Source: an uncultured Solirubrobacterales bacterium
GTDB taxonomy: Bacteria; Actinomycetota; Thermoleophilia; Solirubrobacterales; Solirubrobacteraceae
Length of the DNA stretch: 64,000 bases
NCBI GenBank assembly: GCA_963817605.1
Contig: CAWFOV010000007.1
Coordinates: 37,792-101,791 of the forward strand
Direction of reading: 5' to 3'
Positions 23,001 to 32,460 of the stretch are shown here, piece after piece (within the stretch, counting starts at the first letter, position 1; each line of letters begins with the position of its first letter). Below the pieces are notes generated by a model. That model was given only the letters and a program-made list of their open reading frames with translations. It was not told where the DNA came from and searched no databases. Position numbers and translations under genes: made by a program.

Positions 23001-23750
23001 CTAGATGACGCCGTAGATCTTCAGCACGCCGAAAATGCCAAAAGCCGCAAGGCCGACCAGCACTACCCAGGCAGGCAGCGGCACGCCAGCCGTGTCGTAG
23101 CGCTGAACAAGTTCCTCAGCACGGGCTTTGTAATCAGCGATCTGATGTTTCTGCTCGTCGCTGCGTTGCTCTGCATCCCGCACGCGCGCTTGGATCTCGT
23201 CCCTGCGCGCTTCCGCCGCCGTCTCCTGCAGCGCGCCAGCGATGTACTCCGAATAGAGCTTCTCGAGCTCTGCTTTGTCAGCACCGAGCCGACTGACTGT
23301 CTCCTGATTCCTCGCTTCTAGCTCGTCCAGGAGCTCAAGGAGTGTAGCCCGCTCCTGGCGCCGCGCGGCGCGGTCTCTGTCCAGTGCTCCCAGCTGAGGC
23401 TGCGCAATCACGGCTAGCCCCATCAAGAGCATGACGGTCGAAATTCCTTTCGCCGCGTGGTGCGTCGGGTGCTGGTTTGCAAGCACCCTGAAGCAAGCTG
23501 CCTCGGTCCCTACCGTGAGCACGCCTACTGCCTGGGCGACATTTAGCCGGACAAGGGGAGCGAGCAATACAAGTGCTTTGGCCTCATAGACAAGCGCCAG
23601 AAACAGCACCGGGATGATGGTCGCCGCCACGCTATAGAACGTGAGCGGGTCGCCTACCGTCGGCGTCGCGGCTTTGGCCACGGCGAGCGTCGTCAAGGAG
23701 CTGTGCACGCGGCACAGCATCGCTGGCATGGCGGACAGCCCCACGCCCAT
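23001..23750 (-). CDS. Membrane protein with coiled coil
   Basis: FYSVAATIIPVLFLAL TM segments, central coiled coil, C-terminal TM. Confidence 0.6.
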   Translation of the reverse strand: MGVGLSAMPAMLCRVHSSLTTLAVAKAATPTVGDPLTFYSVAATIIPVLFLALVYEAKALVLLAPLVRLNVAQAVGVLTVGTEAACFRVLANQHPTHHAAKGISTVMLLMGLAVIAQPQLGALDRDRAARRQERATLLELLDELEARNQETVSRLGADKAELEKLYSEYIAGALQETAAEARRDEIQARVRDAEQRSDEQKHQIADYKARAEELVQRYDTAGVPLPAWVVLVGLAAFGIFGVLKIYGVI

Positions 23751-23875
23751 CCAGCAACTCCTGCGCTGGGCGTAGCTGGAACGGTACGCCGCTCCGAGTG
23801 ATGTGTAATGGCTGACATGATCTTTCGCAGCACAACCGGGCGTGACTTCCTCCGCACGGGGATGGCGCCCCTAGT

Positions 23876-23920
23876 TTTGCGCGCGAGTAACCTAAGGGGG
23901 GAAGGTGCATCGAGGTTGGC
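23876..23920 (+). repeat. Dispersed non-coding repeat family, copy (3' part)
   Basis: gcgcgcgagtaac..aggggg.aaggtgcatcgaggttggc matches 25812..25858. Confidence 0.75.
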
Positions 23921-23952
23921 CTGTTGGAGATATGGGCTCTACAATCCCATCC

Positions 23953-24200
23953 ATGGCCACCAAGGAACACCTCCACAAACTGATAGACGAGCTGCCCGAC
24001 GGCACGCCCGAGACCGAACGCCGGTGGAGGCCGCCGAGCACGACCTCGCGCCGAACGGCACGGCCACTGAGTCGCGCATCGTTGATTCCGAGCGCCATGC
24101 AGCACTGAAGAAGCTGGCCGGATTCTTCGACCATCCGGAGACGGCTCCGTGGGACTGGGATCTGCTGCGCGACGTCAAGCGCCATGCCTGGCGAGCCTGA
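23953..24200 (+). CDS. VapB-type antitoxin (frameshift near 24020)
   Basis: Directly upstream of and overlapping a PIN toxin; TACAAT -10 box just before the ATG suggests a leaderless transcript. Confidence 0.55.
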
Positions 24201-24633
24201 CTCCCCCGGACCGTGGGGAGAAGGGCCGCTCGTTGTAGATAACTCCGCGTGGTCACGCGCTCACCGGCCCGAGGTTCGTGAGGACTGGAAGCAAGCGCTG
24301 CTCGCGGATCGACTCTGCATCTCGCCGATCGCACGCCTGGAGATCCTGTTCAGTGCCCGCGACGGTGAAGGGTTCGACGAGCTCGCCGAACACCTGTTGA
24401 CATTGCGGACGGCGCCGTTGACGAACACCGTAATTCGCGCCGCCGAGCACGCGATGCGCACACTCGCGCACCGCAATCCGGGCGCTCACCGCATCCCGCT
24501 CGTTGACTACCTGCTGGGCGCCGCCGCACAACGCACCGCGTCCGCCGTCCTGCACTACGACCACGACTTCGACACCCTCGCCAAGATCATGAGCTTCGAG
24601 TCCGTCTGGCTCGCACCAGCCTCGATCCCGTAG
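24184..24633 (+). CDS. vapC: PIN-domain VapC toxin
   Basis: LVVDNSAW...LEILFSAR...VDYLLGAAA...VLHYDHDFD. Confidence 0.85.
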   Translation: MPGEPDSPGPWGEGPLVVDNSAWSRAHRPEVREDWKQALLADRLCISPIARLEILFSARDGEGFDELAEHLLTLRTAPLTNTVIRAAEHAMRTLAHRNPGAHRIPLVDYLLGAAAQRTASAVLHYDHDFDTLAKIMSFESVWLAPASIP

Positions 24634-24882
24634 CTCAAGGACGGATACGCGCCAAGTTCGATCGGTCAGGCTGCGTCCTGGCGTTCAGGCGAGTCGCGTG
24701 TAGGTTCTTCTGCGGGACCGAAATCGGGGGACCCACGATGCTGCTTTCAAGGCTATCGAACCATACGCCGGTGTGACCGAGGCTTCTTGCCCAGTTCCTG
24801 CAGCTCGACGATATGCAGGTCGCGGTACCCTTGTCCTCGCCAAAATTATACTTCCAACCTCCGAAGACTCTGGCTCGGTCTG

Positions 24883-25518
24883 TCAGCCTAGCGCTATTTC
24901 CTTTGCATCGCCTAAACGAGTGCGGTCAGGGATGATCTCGTGAACTATCCCCATGGCGAGCGCTGTGGTGGCGCTGATGGGTTTGCCGTCTCTGACGAGC
25001 GGTTTGATCGTAGGTCCTGTCAGATTTGTGCGTTCTTCAAGGATCTTTTGCAATTTCTGTTCCTCGCGAGTGAGTCGCATGATCCCTAGATCGAGTTCAT
25101 TGAACAGCTTCGGGTGGGTGCCTGACCGTTCAACTTTCGTGCGCAGCTTATGTATATCTCCGATGTCGAGCGATGGTGCGGCGGTCGGCCATCCGGCGGG
25201 GGTTTCGACGGTGATCGGGTGTATAAGGAACGTCGCTTTGGGAGAGGCAAGTCGCTTGTCGCCCGCAAGGAACAGCACGACTCCCATCGAGGCGACTTCA
25301 CCCGTGGCCAGAGTGACGAGTTCGATGGACGATTCGCTGAGCTCCTTGAACAGCTCCATTGTGCTCGCCACTTCACCGCCTGGCGATGACACGACCAAGC
25401 GAACGCGTTCAACGCGATGGTAAGCGTGTTCGGTCATCTTTGCGAGCAACGCTTCCCTGCTCCAAGGCCAGATCTCCTCAGAGAATTCTTCGTGGACTTC
25501 GATCGGAGCAGTTTCCAT
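24883..25518 (-). CDS. ClpP-family serine peptidase (stand-alone)
   Basis: SSPGGEV, VASMG (catalytic Ser), FLIHP (His), ALAMGIVHEI. Confidence 0.8.
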   Translation of the reverse strand: METAPIEVHEEFSEEIWPWSREALLAKMTEHAYHRVERVRLVVSSPGGEVASTMELFKELSESSIELVTLATGEVASMGVVLFLAGDKRLASPKATFLIHPITVETPAGWPTAAPSLDIGDIHKLRTKVERSGTHPKLFNELDLGIMRLTREEQKLQKILEERTNLTGPTIKPLVRDGKPISATTALAMGIVHEIIPDRTRLGDAKEIALG

Positions 25519-25749
25519 AATCCTATTATACCGCGCGAGCTACTCGTGAACTCGACTGGCGGTTGGAGTGCCACCGGATCGGGCGTTCCGTCTCAAGCCC
25601 GGCGTATCTTGTTCGCCATGGACGTTTGGCTCGTTCTCCGAGAGGCTGCACGGCTTGCCGTGTCCTGGCGGGCTGCGGTGATCGAGAGGGCGGCTGGGCA
25701 AGGTGGCCGGTATCCTTCGGCGAGACGGATGTATCCGACCGGCCGAGCC

Positions 25750-25858
25750 TCAGACCGACCCGAGGACCGTGCGCTTAGGACGGTTCAGCAGCGCGGTGGG
25801 TTGATGTTTACGGTTCGCGCGCGCGAGTAACTGTAGGGGAAGGTACATCGAGGTTGGC
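25750..25858 (+). repeat. Dispersed non-coding repeat family, copy
   Basis: cggttcagcagcgcg plus ggttcgcgcgcgcgagtaac..aggggaagg, shared with 31101..31165 and 23876. Confidence 0.75.
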
Positions 25859-25880
25859 GGTGACGTTCGGCTTGGCATGC

Positions 25881-26690
25881 TCACATGGGGCTGCGCCGGG
25901 CGCTGGACCCGGAACGCTCGGCATCTTCTTGTGTGTCGCCCGCTTGCGGCTTTTGTCTTGCCCGTCGCTTCTGGATCACAAAGGGGCCGGTGAGCGTGTA
26001 CTGACGTTCTTCGGTGGCTCCGGTGGGGGAGCGTATGGTCGCCTTCCAGTTCACGCGCATCGTGAGCAGTTCGTGTTCGCGCAGCTGATCAACGCCGCGG
26101 CGGATGGTGTCGCGCGAGATTCCGTACGACTCGCCTCCGCGCTCGTGGGGGAGGCTAAACGCCTGTCGAAGCGAGAGCGCGATCAGCAGAACGGACTTGG
26201 CTGGGAGATCGAGACGCTCGTTCCAGCCCTCAAGCCAGAAGGCGTGGGGAAGCTTGAAGTAGTCCAGTCTGGCTCCTGAGTCGCCGCCATGGAGGTAGGG
26301 ATATCCCGAGCCTGTGTCGTCTAGCAGCCATATGCGGCGGAGCCGGCCGTCGCGGGTTGTGCGTACCAGTCGGTGGCGCTCGAGCCAGGACCATGACTCC
26401 GAGATCGACACGCGGGAGCTGGGTGTATCTGGAAGTCCGAGGGCGGCTGCCCAGATCCTGGCCGCCATTGCGACGTCGTAGGGGTGGAGGCTCGCCAACG
26501 CGTGCGCGAGCAGGTAGAGCTCGAGCGTGCGGTGGCGGTGTGATCCCACAAACCAGGAAAGGGGGGCAGGGCCGCCGCCTCGCGTGCGCTTCTGGAGGAA
26601 GCCGCGCGCGAGCGGCATGAACTTGCGGCGGCCACCTCGCTGAGTGAGTAGTGCCGTCGCGACCGGGTTCCCGGTTAGGTCATCGGCCAC
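25881..26690 (-). CDS. Hypothetical DNA-binding protein with two winged-helix-like segments
   Basis: GTG at 26690 overlaps the DUF3800 stop; IWAAALGL...SWSWLERHRLV and YGISRDTIRRGVDQLREHELL. Confidence 0.55.
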   Translation of the reverse strand: MADDLTGNPVATALLTQRGGRRKFMPLARGFLQKRTRGGGPAPLSWFVGSHRHRTLELYLLAHALASLHPYDVAMAARIWAAALGLPDTPSSRVSISESWSWLERHRLVRTTRDGRLRRIWLLDDTGSGYPYLHGGDSGARLDYFKLPHAFWLEGWNERLDLPAKSVLLIALSLRQAFSLPHERGGESYGISRDTIRRGVDQLREHELLTMRVNWKATIRSPTGATEERQYTLTGPFVIQKRRARQKPQAGDTQEDAERSGSSARRSPM

Positions 26691-27505
26691 GTTTCTTGCG
26701 CCTTGTTTTGCGTGACTTGGCCAGGAGCTTGACCTTCCAGCGTCCGTGCGGGTCTTCTCTGCCGGCCGGCTGGAAGCTGGGGCACCCGCAGTGGTCCAGC
26801 AGGTGCTCGAGGAGTAGCTGCTTCTGGCTACCGGACTCGGTGCGGCCCTGACGGAGGTCCAGGGTTGTGGCACCTAGCAGTAGGTTCGACGACCTGGAGA
26901 GCGTCGGTCGAGCGCGAGTCGATCCGGCACACGGTCGCGACAGCGAGACGGTCTCTGAGCTCGTTGATGGTCTTAGCTACGTCCCGCTCAAAGTTGACGT
27001 CCGGCGATGTGCTCCTGCCGTCGGCGAGGATCGCCACGATCTCCTCGTCGTCGATGACCTCTCCTAGGACCGTCGCGGCGAGCTTCTCGTAGGCACGCTC
27101 ACGAGCGTGCGGATGTCCCTTGAACTGGGCGGTGACGTCTCCGTTTTGCCGATCAGCGATGTGGCAGCAGAATCTGGCATCCGGGGCCTCGAAGAATAGG
27201 TCCATCGCTGCCTTCGCGAACTCCAACCGCTTGGTGGATGCGCGTGTCCGCGCCTTGTCGAAGTTCGCCCAGTGGAGCTCCTCTCGGAAGCCGTGCTTGT
27301 CGCGCAGCTGCGCGACGTCTCGTAACAGCGGTGCCGCATCGATCAGCTTGAGGACGCCGATGCCGAAGAACCGATCGCGCGGATGGACGACGCCGGTCTC
27401 ATCGAGAAAGATCGTGGCGGTCGGATGATCCGCGGGAAGGCACATCGGGATCGCTGGGAGGTCGTTTGCAGGCACATGGGAAGAGTAGCGTAGTCTTCCA
27501 GCCAA
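26680..27505 (-). CDS. DUF3800-family RNase H-fold protein (frameshift near 26887)
   Basis: IFLDETG, ELHW, LQVV(D)LLLGA restored by removing one base. Confidence 0.75.
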
Positions 27506-27760
27506 GAATAGTTAGGTTGACAGCTATCTCCATATTAGTCCCTATGTTGTAGATTTAATGTATATATTCCCCTATAAGGAGGGAGCTAATAAGGTGGTTG
27601 CTAGCGCACTAATCGTCTATACTTCTGCTTGCGGTTTAGGACTTCGGCAATGCCCTGTCTTAGCCGTATGACGACCGGCTTGCAGCCCTGGGAAACCAGT
27701 AGAGCGCAGTCGGTCGTTCGCCGTTCTGGGTCCTACGAGCGCGCGGCCAAGCGACCGTCG

Positions 27761-27794
27761 CACCCGCCATCGTTTGAGGCTATCCGCCCGGCAG
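27761..27794 (+). repeat. ~34-bp direct repeat, second copy at 31982..32015
   Basis: cacccgccatcgtttgagg[c/t]tatccgcccggcag, one mismatch. Confidence 0.85.
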
Positions 27795-28165
27795 ATCCTG
27801 AATAGCAGACCGCCGATATCACCCAGCGGGATTGGCCACAGCCCCGGCCGATTTCGCCACAGCCTGTGGCGATACCCCGGGGTTATGCTCAGTCCTCCGC
27901 AGTCCAGCGGATCCTCCGCAGGAGCATCCGCTGGGACGTCAACGATCCCTTCGGACGGAGCACCGCCCACCTGTTCGGCGGCCTCGATCAGCCCGGCAGC
28001 GCGCTCGCTGTTTGCCTGCGCCGCGTCTGCCGCTGGCGCTCCCTCCTCGCCCGCGACGGCATAGGCGGTGCATCAAGCAGCCAGAAACGTCGCTCGTCGC
28101 GTCTGAGTCATTGGGCAATGATCGCTAGACGATGCCCTCCCCTCAACCCGGTGGCTGGGCACAAA

Positions 28166-28500
28166 TCAACAGGCCGGCGGCAAGACCGGTTTGACCATGT
28201 CTGAGAGCTCACGATGCTTACGCTCGTGCTCTGTGATTGTGACTCCCTCGTAGCGTTTGCCCGTGAAGATACAGCTGGTCTTCCAGCCTTTGCCTGCCAC
28301 ATCGTCGTATTCCAGGGTCAACACAAAAGGAATGACCGCGGGAAGCACGTAGGACGAAAAGATCAGCGGCTCAAAGGTGGCCACGCCTAGGCCGGCGATA
28401 TGTGCTCGCGCGTCCATCCTTCCGGAGGCCTTGTTCGCGTCGCCGAGGACATCGATTGAACCTTCAATGTTGAGCGCGGGCCCCGATCCAATATTTCCAC
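28166..28500 (-). pseudogene. Hypothetical protein remnant divergent from the RT
   Basis: NIGSGPALNIEG...LTLEYDDVAGKGW reading frame with no clean 5' end. Confidence 0.35.
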
Positions 28501-28581
28501 CGCGGCACCGGAGCGCCTTACTAGCGAGCGAAGATACGCGTCGTCGGGACGCCGGTCTCCGAGATCCACGCTGATCTCAAG

Positions 28582-30192
28582 TTGACACCGATAGCGAGAG
28601 TCCTGATGCGCTCGGAGGGGCGGTCTCTTTGCCTACGTTACGATCCCGCTCGTGCTCAGATCTCAGCGTTAGTGGCGAAGGGCTACTTGCCGAAGGAGCT
28701 GCCACCCCCGTTCACATCCTCGGACCTGGCACAGTTGCTTCCAGCGCTCACGGCCTCAGGCGCCGTTAAGGGCCGGGTCACAGAATGTGTACACCACAAT
28801 CTTGCACGCGTTGGTGGTACGCGGCGGCCGCTCGGAGTCCCAAACCCGGAAGCGTTCATAGCGCTCACAGCAGAGATCCAAGCACAATGGACGAACATTG
28901 ACGCGCATTTCAAGAGCGCCAAGGTCGCCATTTCGCGCCCCGTTGTAACAAAGACTCGCGAACGAGCCGTCCGGCCGAACCTTCACATCGGAACGCGACC
29001 GAACCACCGCGTTCGATCGTGGACAGGGCAGAAGTACGTCCTACGCGCCGACGTTGGCCATTTCTATGGATCACTTTACACCCACTCCATTCCGTGGGCA
29101 CTGCACACAAAGGCAACTGCGAAGGCGAACAAGGGTAAGACGGACGGCGACCGCATCGATAAGGCGATGCGGAACTGCTTGAGCGGCCAAACGTCGGGGA
29201 TACCAGTCGGTCCCGATACCTCATTCATTGTTGCGGAAATCGTTCTTACTGCCGTCGACAAGGTGCTTGGGGAAACCCTCCCGAACCTTCGGGGGTTTCG
29301 ATACATAGACGACTACGAGCTCGCCTTTGATGGTCGAGCTGAGGCCGAGGGCGCGCTCGCGCGCCTCGAGGTGGCACTAGCGGGCTTTGGGCTGTCGCTC
29401 AATCCCTATAAGACTGAGATTGTTGAGTTGCCGCAGCCTTATAAGGACAACTGGACAACAGAGCTCGGAAAGGTAATTGTCCGCACAGACACCTGGAAAA
29501 AGACTCGGTCCGATCTGATCGCACTCTTCAGTCTGGCGGCAGAGCTTGCGCGGCCCTATCCAGGGGCTCTCAACTACGCATTGAGACGAAGTCGAGATGT
29601 ACCTGTCGAGCAGAAAAACTGGGGAATGTTTCAGTCGCTGCTTTGGTCCACGGTTGCCGCGGAGCCAACGGCGATGGCTGGGGCACTGGACCTCCTGAAC
29701 TTGAAGGCCGAAGAAGCCAATTCGTCGGTGCAGAAGGGCCTGGCTGGTGAGGTCCTCGAGTCGATCATCGCGCGGCATGCACCGGTGCGCAATGCGAGCG
29801 AGGTTGCCTGGGCGATTTGGGCGGCGTTGGCTCTCGACATAAAAATGAGCGCTGACGCGGCCACCCTAGTGGGACGGGTCGAGGACGATTTCGTCGCACT
29901 GCTGGCTCTCGATGCCGTTTCGCGCGGGCAGTTTCCGAGCGGCGCGCTTGATCAATCCTTCTGGGAATCTCTCGTATCGGATCCCGATGCCCTACAGGGC
30001 AACCATTGGCTACTGGCCTACGAAGGCGTGACGAGGACATGGCTGGCGACCGCGGCTGCACAAGTCGCCGCTGATCCGTTCTTCTCAGAACTCAATCAGG
30101 CTCAGGTCCATTTCTATGACCCGAACCCAACACGCGCGCCGTTCTCAGGGCCAGCCGCACCGCTACCCGGGGGCGCAGACACGTATGCGTGA
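28582..30192 (+). CDS. UG/Abi-type (defence-associated) reverse transcriptase with alpha-helical C-terminal domain
   Basis: GYLPKELPPPF, RRPLGVPNP, ADVGHFYGSLYTHSIPWA, GIPVGPDTS, RYIDD, LSLNPYKT; helical C-terminus ending HWLLAYE...FYD. Confidence 0.9.
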   Translation: MTPIARVLMRSEGRSLCLRYDPARAQISALVAKGYLPKELPPPFTSSDLAQLLPALTASGAVKGRVTECVHHNLARVGGTRRPLGVPNPEAFIALTAEIQAQWTNIDAHFKSAKVAISRPVVTKTRERAVRPNLHIGTRPNHRVRSWTGQKYVLRADVGHFYGSLYTHSIPWALHTKATAKANKGKTDGDRIDKAMRNCLSGQTSGIPVGPDTSFIVAEIVLTAVDKVLGETLPNLRGFRYIDDYELAFDGRAEAEGALARLEVALAGFGLSLNPYKTEIVELPQPYKDNWTTELGKVIVRTDTWKKTRSDLIALFSLAAELARPYPGALNYALRRSRDVPVEQKNWGMFQSLLWSTVAAEPTAMAGALDLLNLKAEEANSSVQKGLAGEVLESIIARHAPVRNASEVAWAIWAALALDIKMSADAATLVGRVEDDFVALLALDAVSRGQFPSGALDQSFWESLVSDPDALQGNHWLLAYEGVTRTWLATAAAQVAADPFFSELNQAQVHFYDPNPTRAPFSGPAAPLPGGADTYA

Positions 30193-30274
30193 CCTCGCGG
30201 CATACTAGCCCCAGAACCTCGACGCGATCGAGCGGGCTGGGGCTCCGGTGTTCGCGCGAAAGCGAGAAAGCTCT

Positions 30275-30595
30275 TCACCCAGCAGACAGAGAAGGGATGA
30301 GCATGACACCGGCCAACATCGCCAGGACGACGCTGCACAAGCCCAAGCTCGCCATCCTCGTCCCACTACGCCTCGTAGTCCCGCGCTGTCCCATCTCCAT
30401 ATCCGAGACTACGCCCAAAGCAGCGAGGTCCGTCACACCTCGGCGACTCGACCAATGCCTGGAATCCTGAGCGGGAAAACGCAGACGCCCGCTCCCGGTC
30501 ACTGCGTCGTCGTCGAACTCGACGCGGAAGCGCGCCCCTCGGACCGGATCGGCTGGACATCTGCCCCTCGCCGTCGGTCGGCAGGTCCCGTGCAC
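30275..30595 (-). CDS. Small hypothetical protein with C-terminal TM segment
   Basis: Hydrophobic C-terminus; start uncertain. Confidence 0.25.
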   Translation of the reverse strand: MHGTCRPTARGRCPADPVRGARFRVEFDDDAVTGSGRLRFPAQDSRHWSSRRGVTDLAALGVVSDMEMGQRGTTRRSGTRMASLGLCSVVLAMLAGVMLIPSLSAG

Positions 30596-30674
30596 GCGAC
30601 ACGCCAGGTATATGCGGTGCGCCAGGTATATGGATTCACGGGCGCTGCCTCAGGCGTGCTGATCGATCCAGCGC

Positions 30675-30713
30675 GCAAGATCCGATACCCGCACGGCGGG
30701 TATCGGATCTTGC
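30675..30713. repeat. Perfect 17-bp inverted repeat
   Basis: GCAAGATCCGATACCCG-CACGG-CGGGTATCGGATCTTGC. Confidence 0.85.
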
Positions 30714-31100
30714 TCCATTCGCTGCGGAATATTGGTGTGATCCGGCACCACGATCCACGGCGCGCGTGTAACTAGGGAGCGGCGGGTTGGCGGTGGCGCA
30801 GTGCTGGTCAGGCTGGGCTGCTCGTGAGGATCACGCCCACGGATTGGCGTTCCCTGCCCGGCAATGTCTGGCGTCGAGCCGTAAGAAATAAACCGGGCGA
30901 CTGGACGGGCGCACTGGGCTACACGACAGATACCTCAGACCGATCGGAGCTCGCCGCCTCGTAACCTGCCAACATCGGACACAACAAAGCCCCGGGCGCA
31001 TAACCCCCTTGCGGGAGACAGAGGCGGGTCCGGGGCGTCACCGACCATGATAGTACCCGTCATGGACTCTCAGCAAGCCACCGCCTGGCTGTCCGGACCA

Positions 31101-31165
31101 CGGTTCAGCAGCGCGAAGCGGGAGGCATAGATAGGTTCGCGCGCGCGAGTAACTTAAAGGGGAAA
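31101..31165 (+). repeat. Dispersed non-coding repeat family, copy
   Basis: cggttcagcagcgcg...ggttcgcgcgcgcgagtaacttaaaggggaa. Confidence 0.75.
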
Positions 31166-31407
31166 GTGGGTTGGGAACGGGGAGGTGGTTGGCGGGCTGG
31201 TCCCTTCCGAAGGCGCTAGCCTACTTGGCGTATGCCCCAGGTAAGGCTCTCCCGCTTCGGCGGTGATCCCCCTGGGGCTCCGTTCGTTCTGGCCGCTCGT
31301 GGCAATACGCGTACCTGGCGAAGCGGCGCGCGACCGCTGGTGGGAGCTCACACCACTGCGGCCGGACGCGGCGGGCGTATCCACCTATCGTCGCCGGTCG
31401 CCACCGC

Positions 31408-32025
31408 TCAGCCGCCGAGCAGCGCTCCCTCGATCTCGCGCAGGCGATCGATGTCGCCGCTAATGCCAACCATCGCGTCGGTGTATAGAAACGCCTCGCC
31501 GAGGCGCACGATCGCGTAGGCGAGCACGGCCGGGTCGATCTTCGGCGCATAGCGCCCCGCCTCGACCTCGACCTCGATCACCCGCTGCACCGTTCCCACC
31601 ACACGCGGCTGCACGATCCTGCCGTTGAAGGTGAGGACGCGCACCGCGCGCTCCTGTTCTTGCGCTAGGAACGCGCGCATCCCCTCAAACGCCGCCAGCT
31701 CGCGATTGAACCGGTCGAAGGTCGCGAGCAGCGCGCGTGCCCTGCCGCCAGGCGTCTCGGCGCGAATCTGCAACAGACAGTGTTCGCCCATCTCCGCGAG
31801 CAGCTCTCCGAGCAGCGCCTCGCGCGTCTGAAACCAGCGGTGCATCGTCGCGCGCGCCAGCCCCAGCTCGCGCGCGATCGCCTGCACGTTGACCCGTTCG
31901 CACTTCAGAAAGCGCTTCGTCGCCAGTGCCAGCGCCACCTCCCGCGTCGCCGCCGCCGGCCGTCCAGGCCGCCCGTTGCCACACCCGCCATCGTTTGAGG
32001 TTATCCGCCCGGCAGCGTGAAGCAT
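31408..32025 (-). CDS. TetR-family regulator (QsdR-like)
   Basis: RPAAATRE...VNVQAIARELGLARATMHRWFQTREALL; LAYAIVRLGEAFLY; start uncertain. Confidence 0.8.
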   Translation of the reverse strand: MLHAAGRITSNDGGCGNGRPGRPAAATREVALALATKRFLKCERVNVQAIARELGLARATMHRWFQTREALLGELLAEMGEHCLLQIRAETPGGRARALLATFDRFNRELAAFEGMRAFLAQEQERAVRVLTFNGRIVQPRVVGTVQRVIEVEVEAGRYAPKIDPAVLAYAIVRLGEAFLYTDAMVGISGDIDRLREIEGALLGG

Positions 32026-32097
32026 TCCGATTTGGCGCGAGGGGGCTTCGAGGTATCGGGGAGTACCTGGAGACGAAGTATGTCGCGGCGAGCGCTC

Positions 32098-32337
32098 CTA
32101 CTCCCCCTCTGCCCCGCGAACGGCCGCGAGCATCATCACTTCGGCCATGCGCAGGAGGCCGATTGTGGTGTGTGGGCGCGCTTCGCTCGAGCGGACCGAG
32201 ACGCTGGAGCCGTGGGGCCCAACGACCTCGACGATCGTGCAGACGTCACCGATCTGGCAATCGTCGCCGAAGCGTTCTTCGAGCGCCTCCATCTGCTCGG
32301 CAACGACGCGGCCCATCTTCGACTGATCGAGGGTCAT
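32098..32337 (-). CDS. Small conserved-looking hypothetical protein
   Basis: AAGGGAG RBS, normal codon usage, MTLDQSKMGRVVAEQMEALE... Confidence 0.65.
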   Translation of the reverse strand: MTLDQSKMGRVVAEQMEALEERFGDDCQIGDVCTIVEVVGPHGSSVSVRSSEARPHTTIGLLRMAEVMMLAAVRGAEGE

Positions 32338-32460
32338 CAGGTGCTCCCTTCCGCTGGTTAGTCCGAGCGGCCATGATGTCATTGTCGACCACGGTTCGCC
32401 CAGGAGATCGGGAGGAGCCGGACGAGAGTTTCATCCCAAGCCCGGGGTAGCGTCCTCGGC

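Noticed and set aside
4521-30192. Diversity-generating retroelement (RT plus near-identical paralogues as TR/VR)
   Set aside because: The RT has Abi/UG motifs rather than DGR motifs, there is no Avd, and differences among the paralogues are not restricted to adenines.
28200-30192. Retron or group II intron
   Set aside because: No VTG motif, no maturase/HNH domain, and no convincing msr-msd inverted repeats upstream; the upstream DNA looks like a divergent gene remnant.
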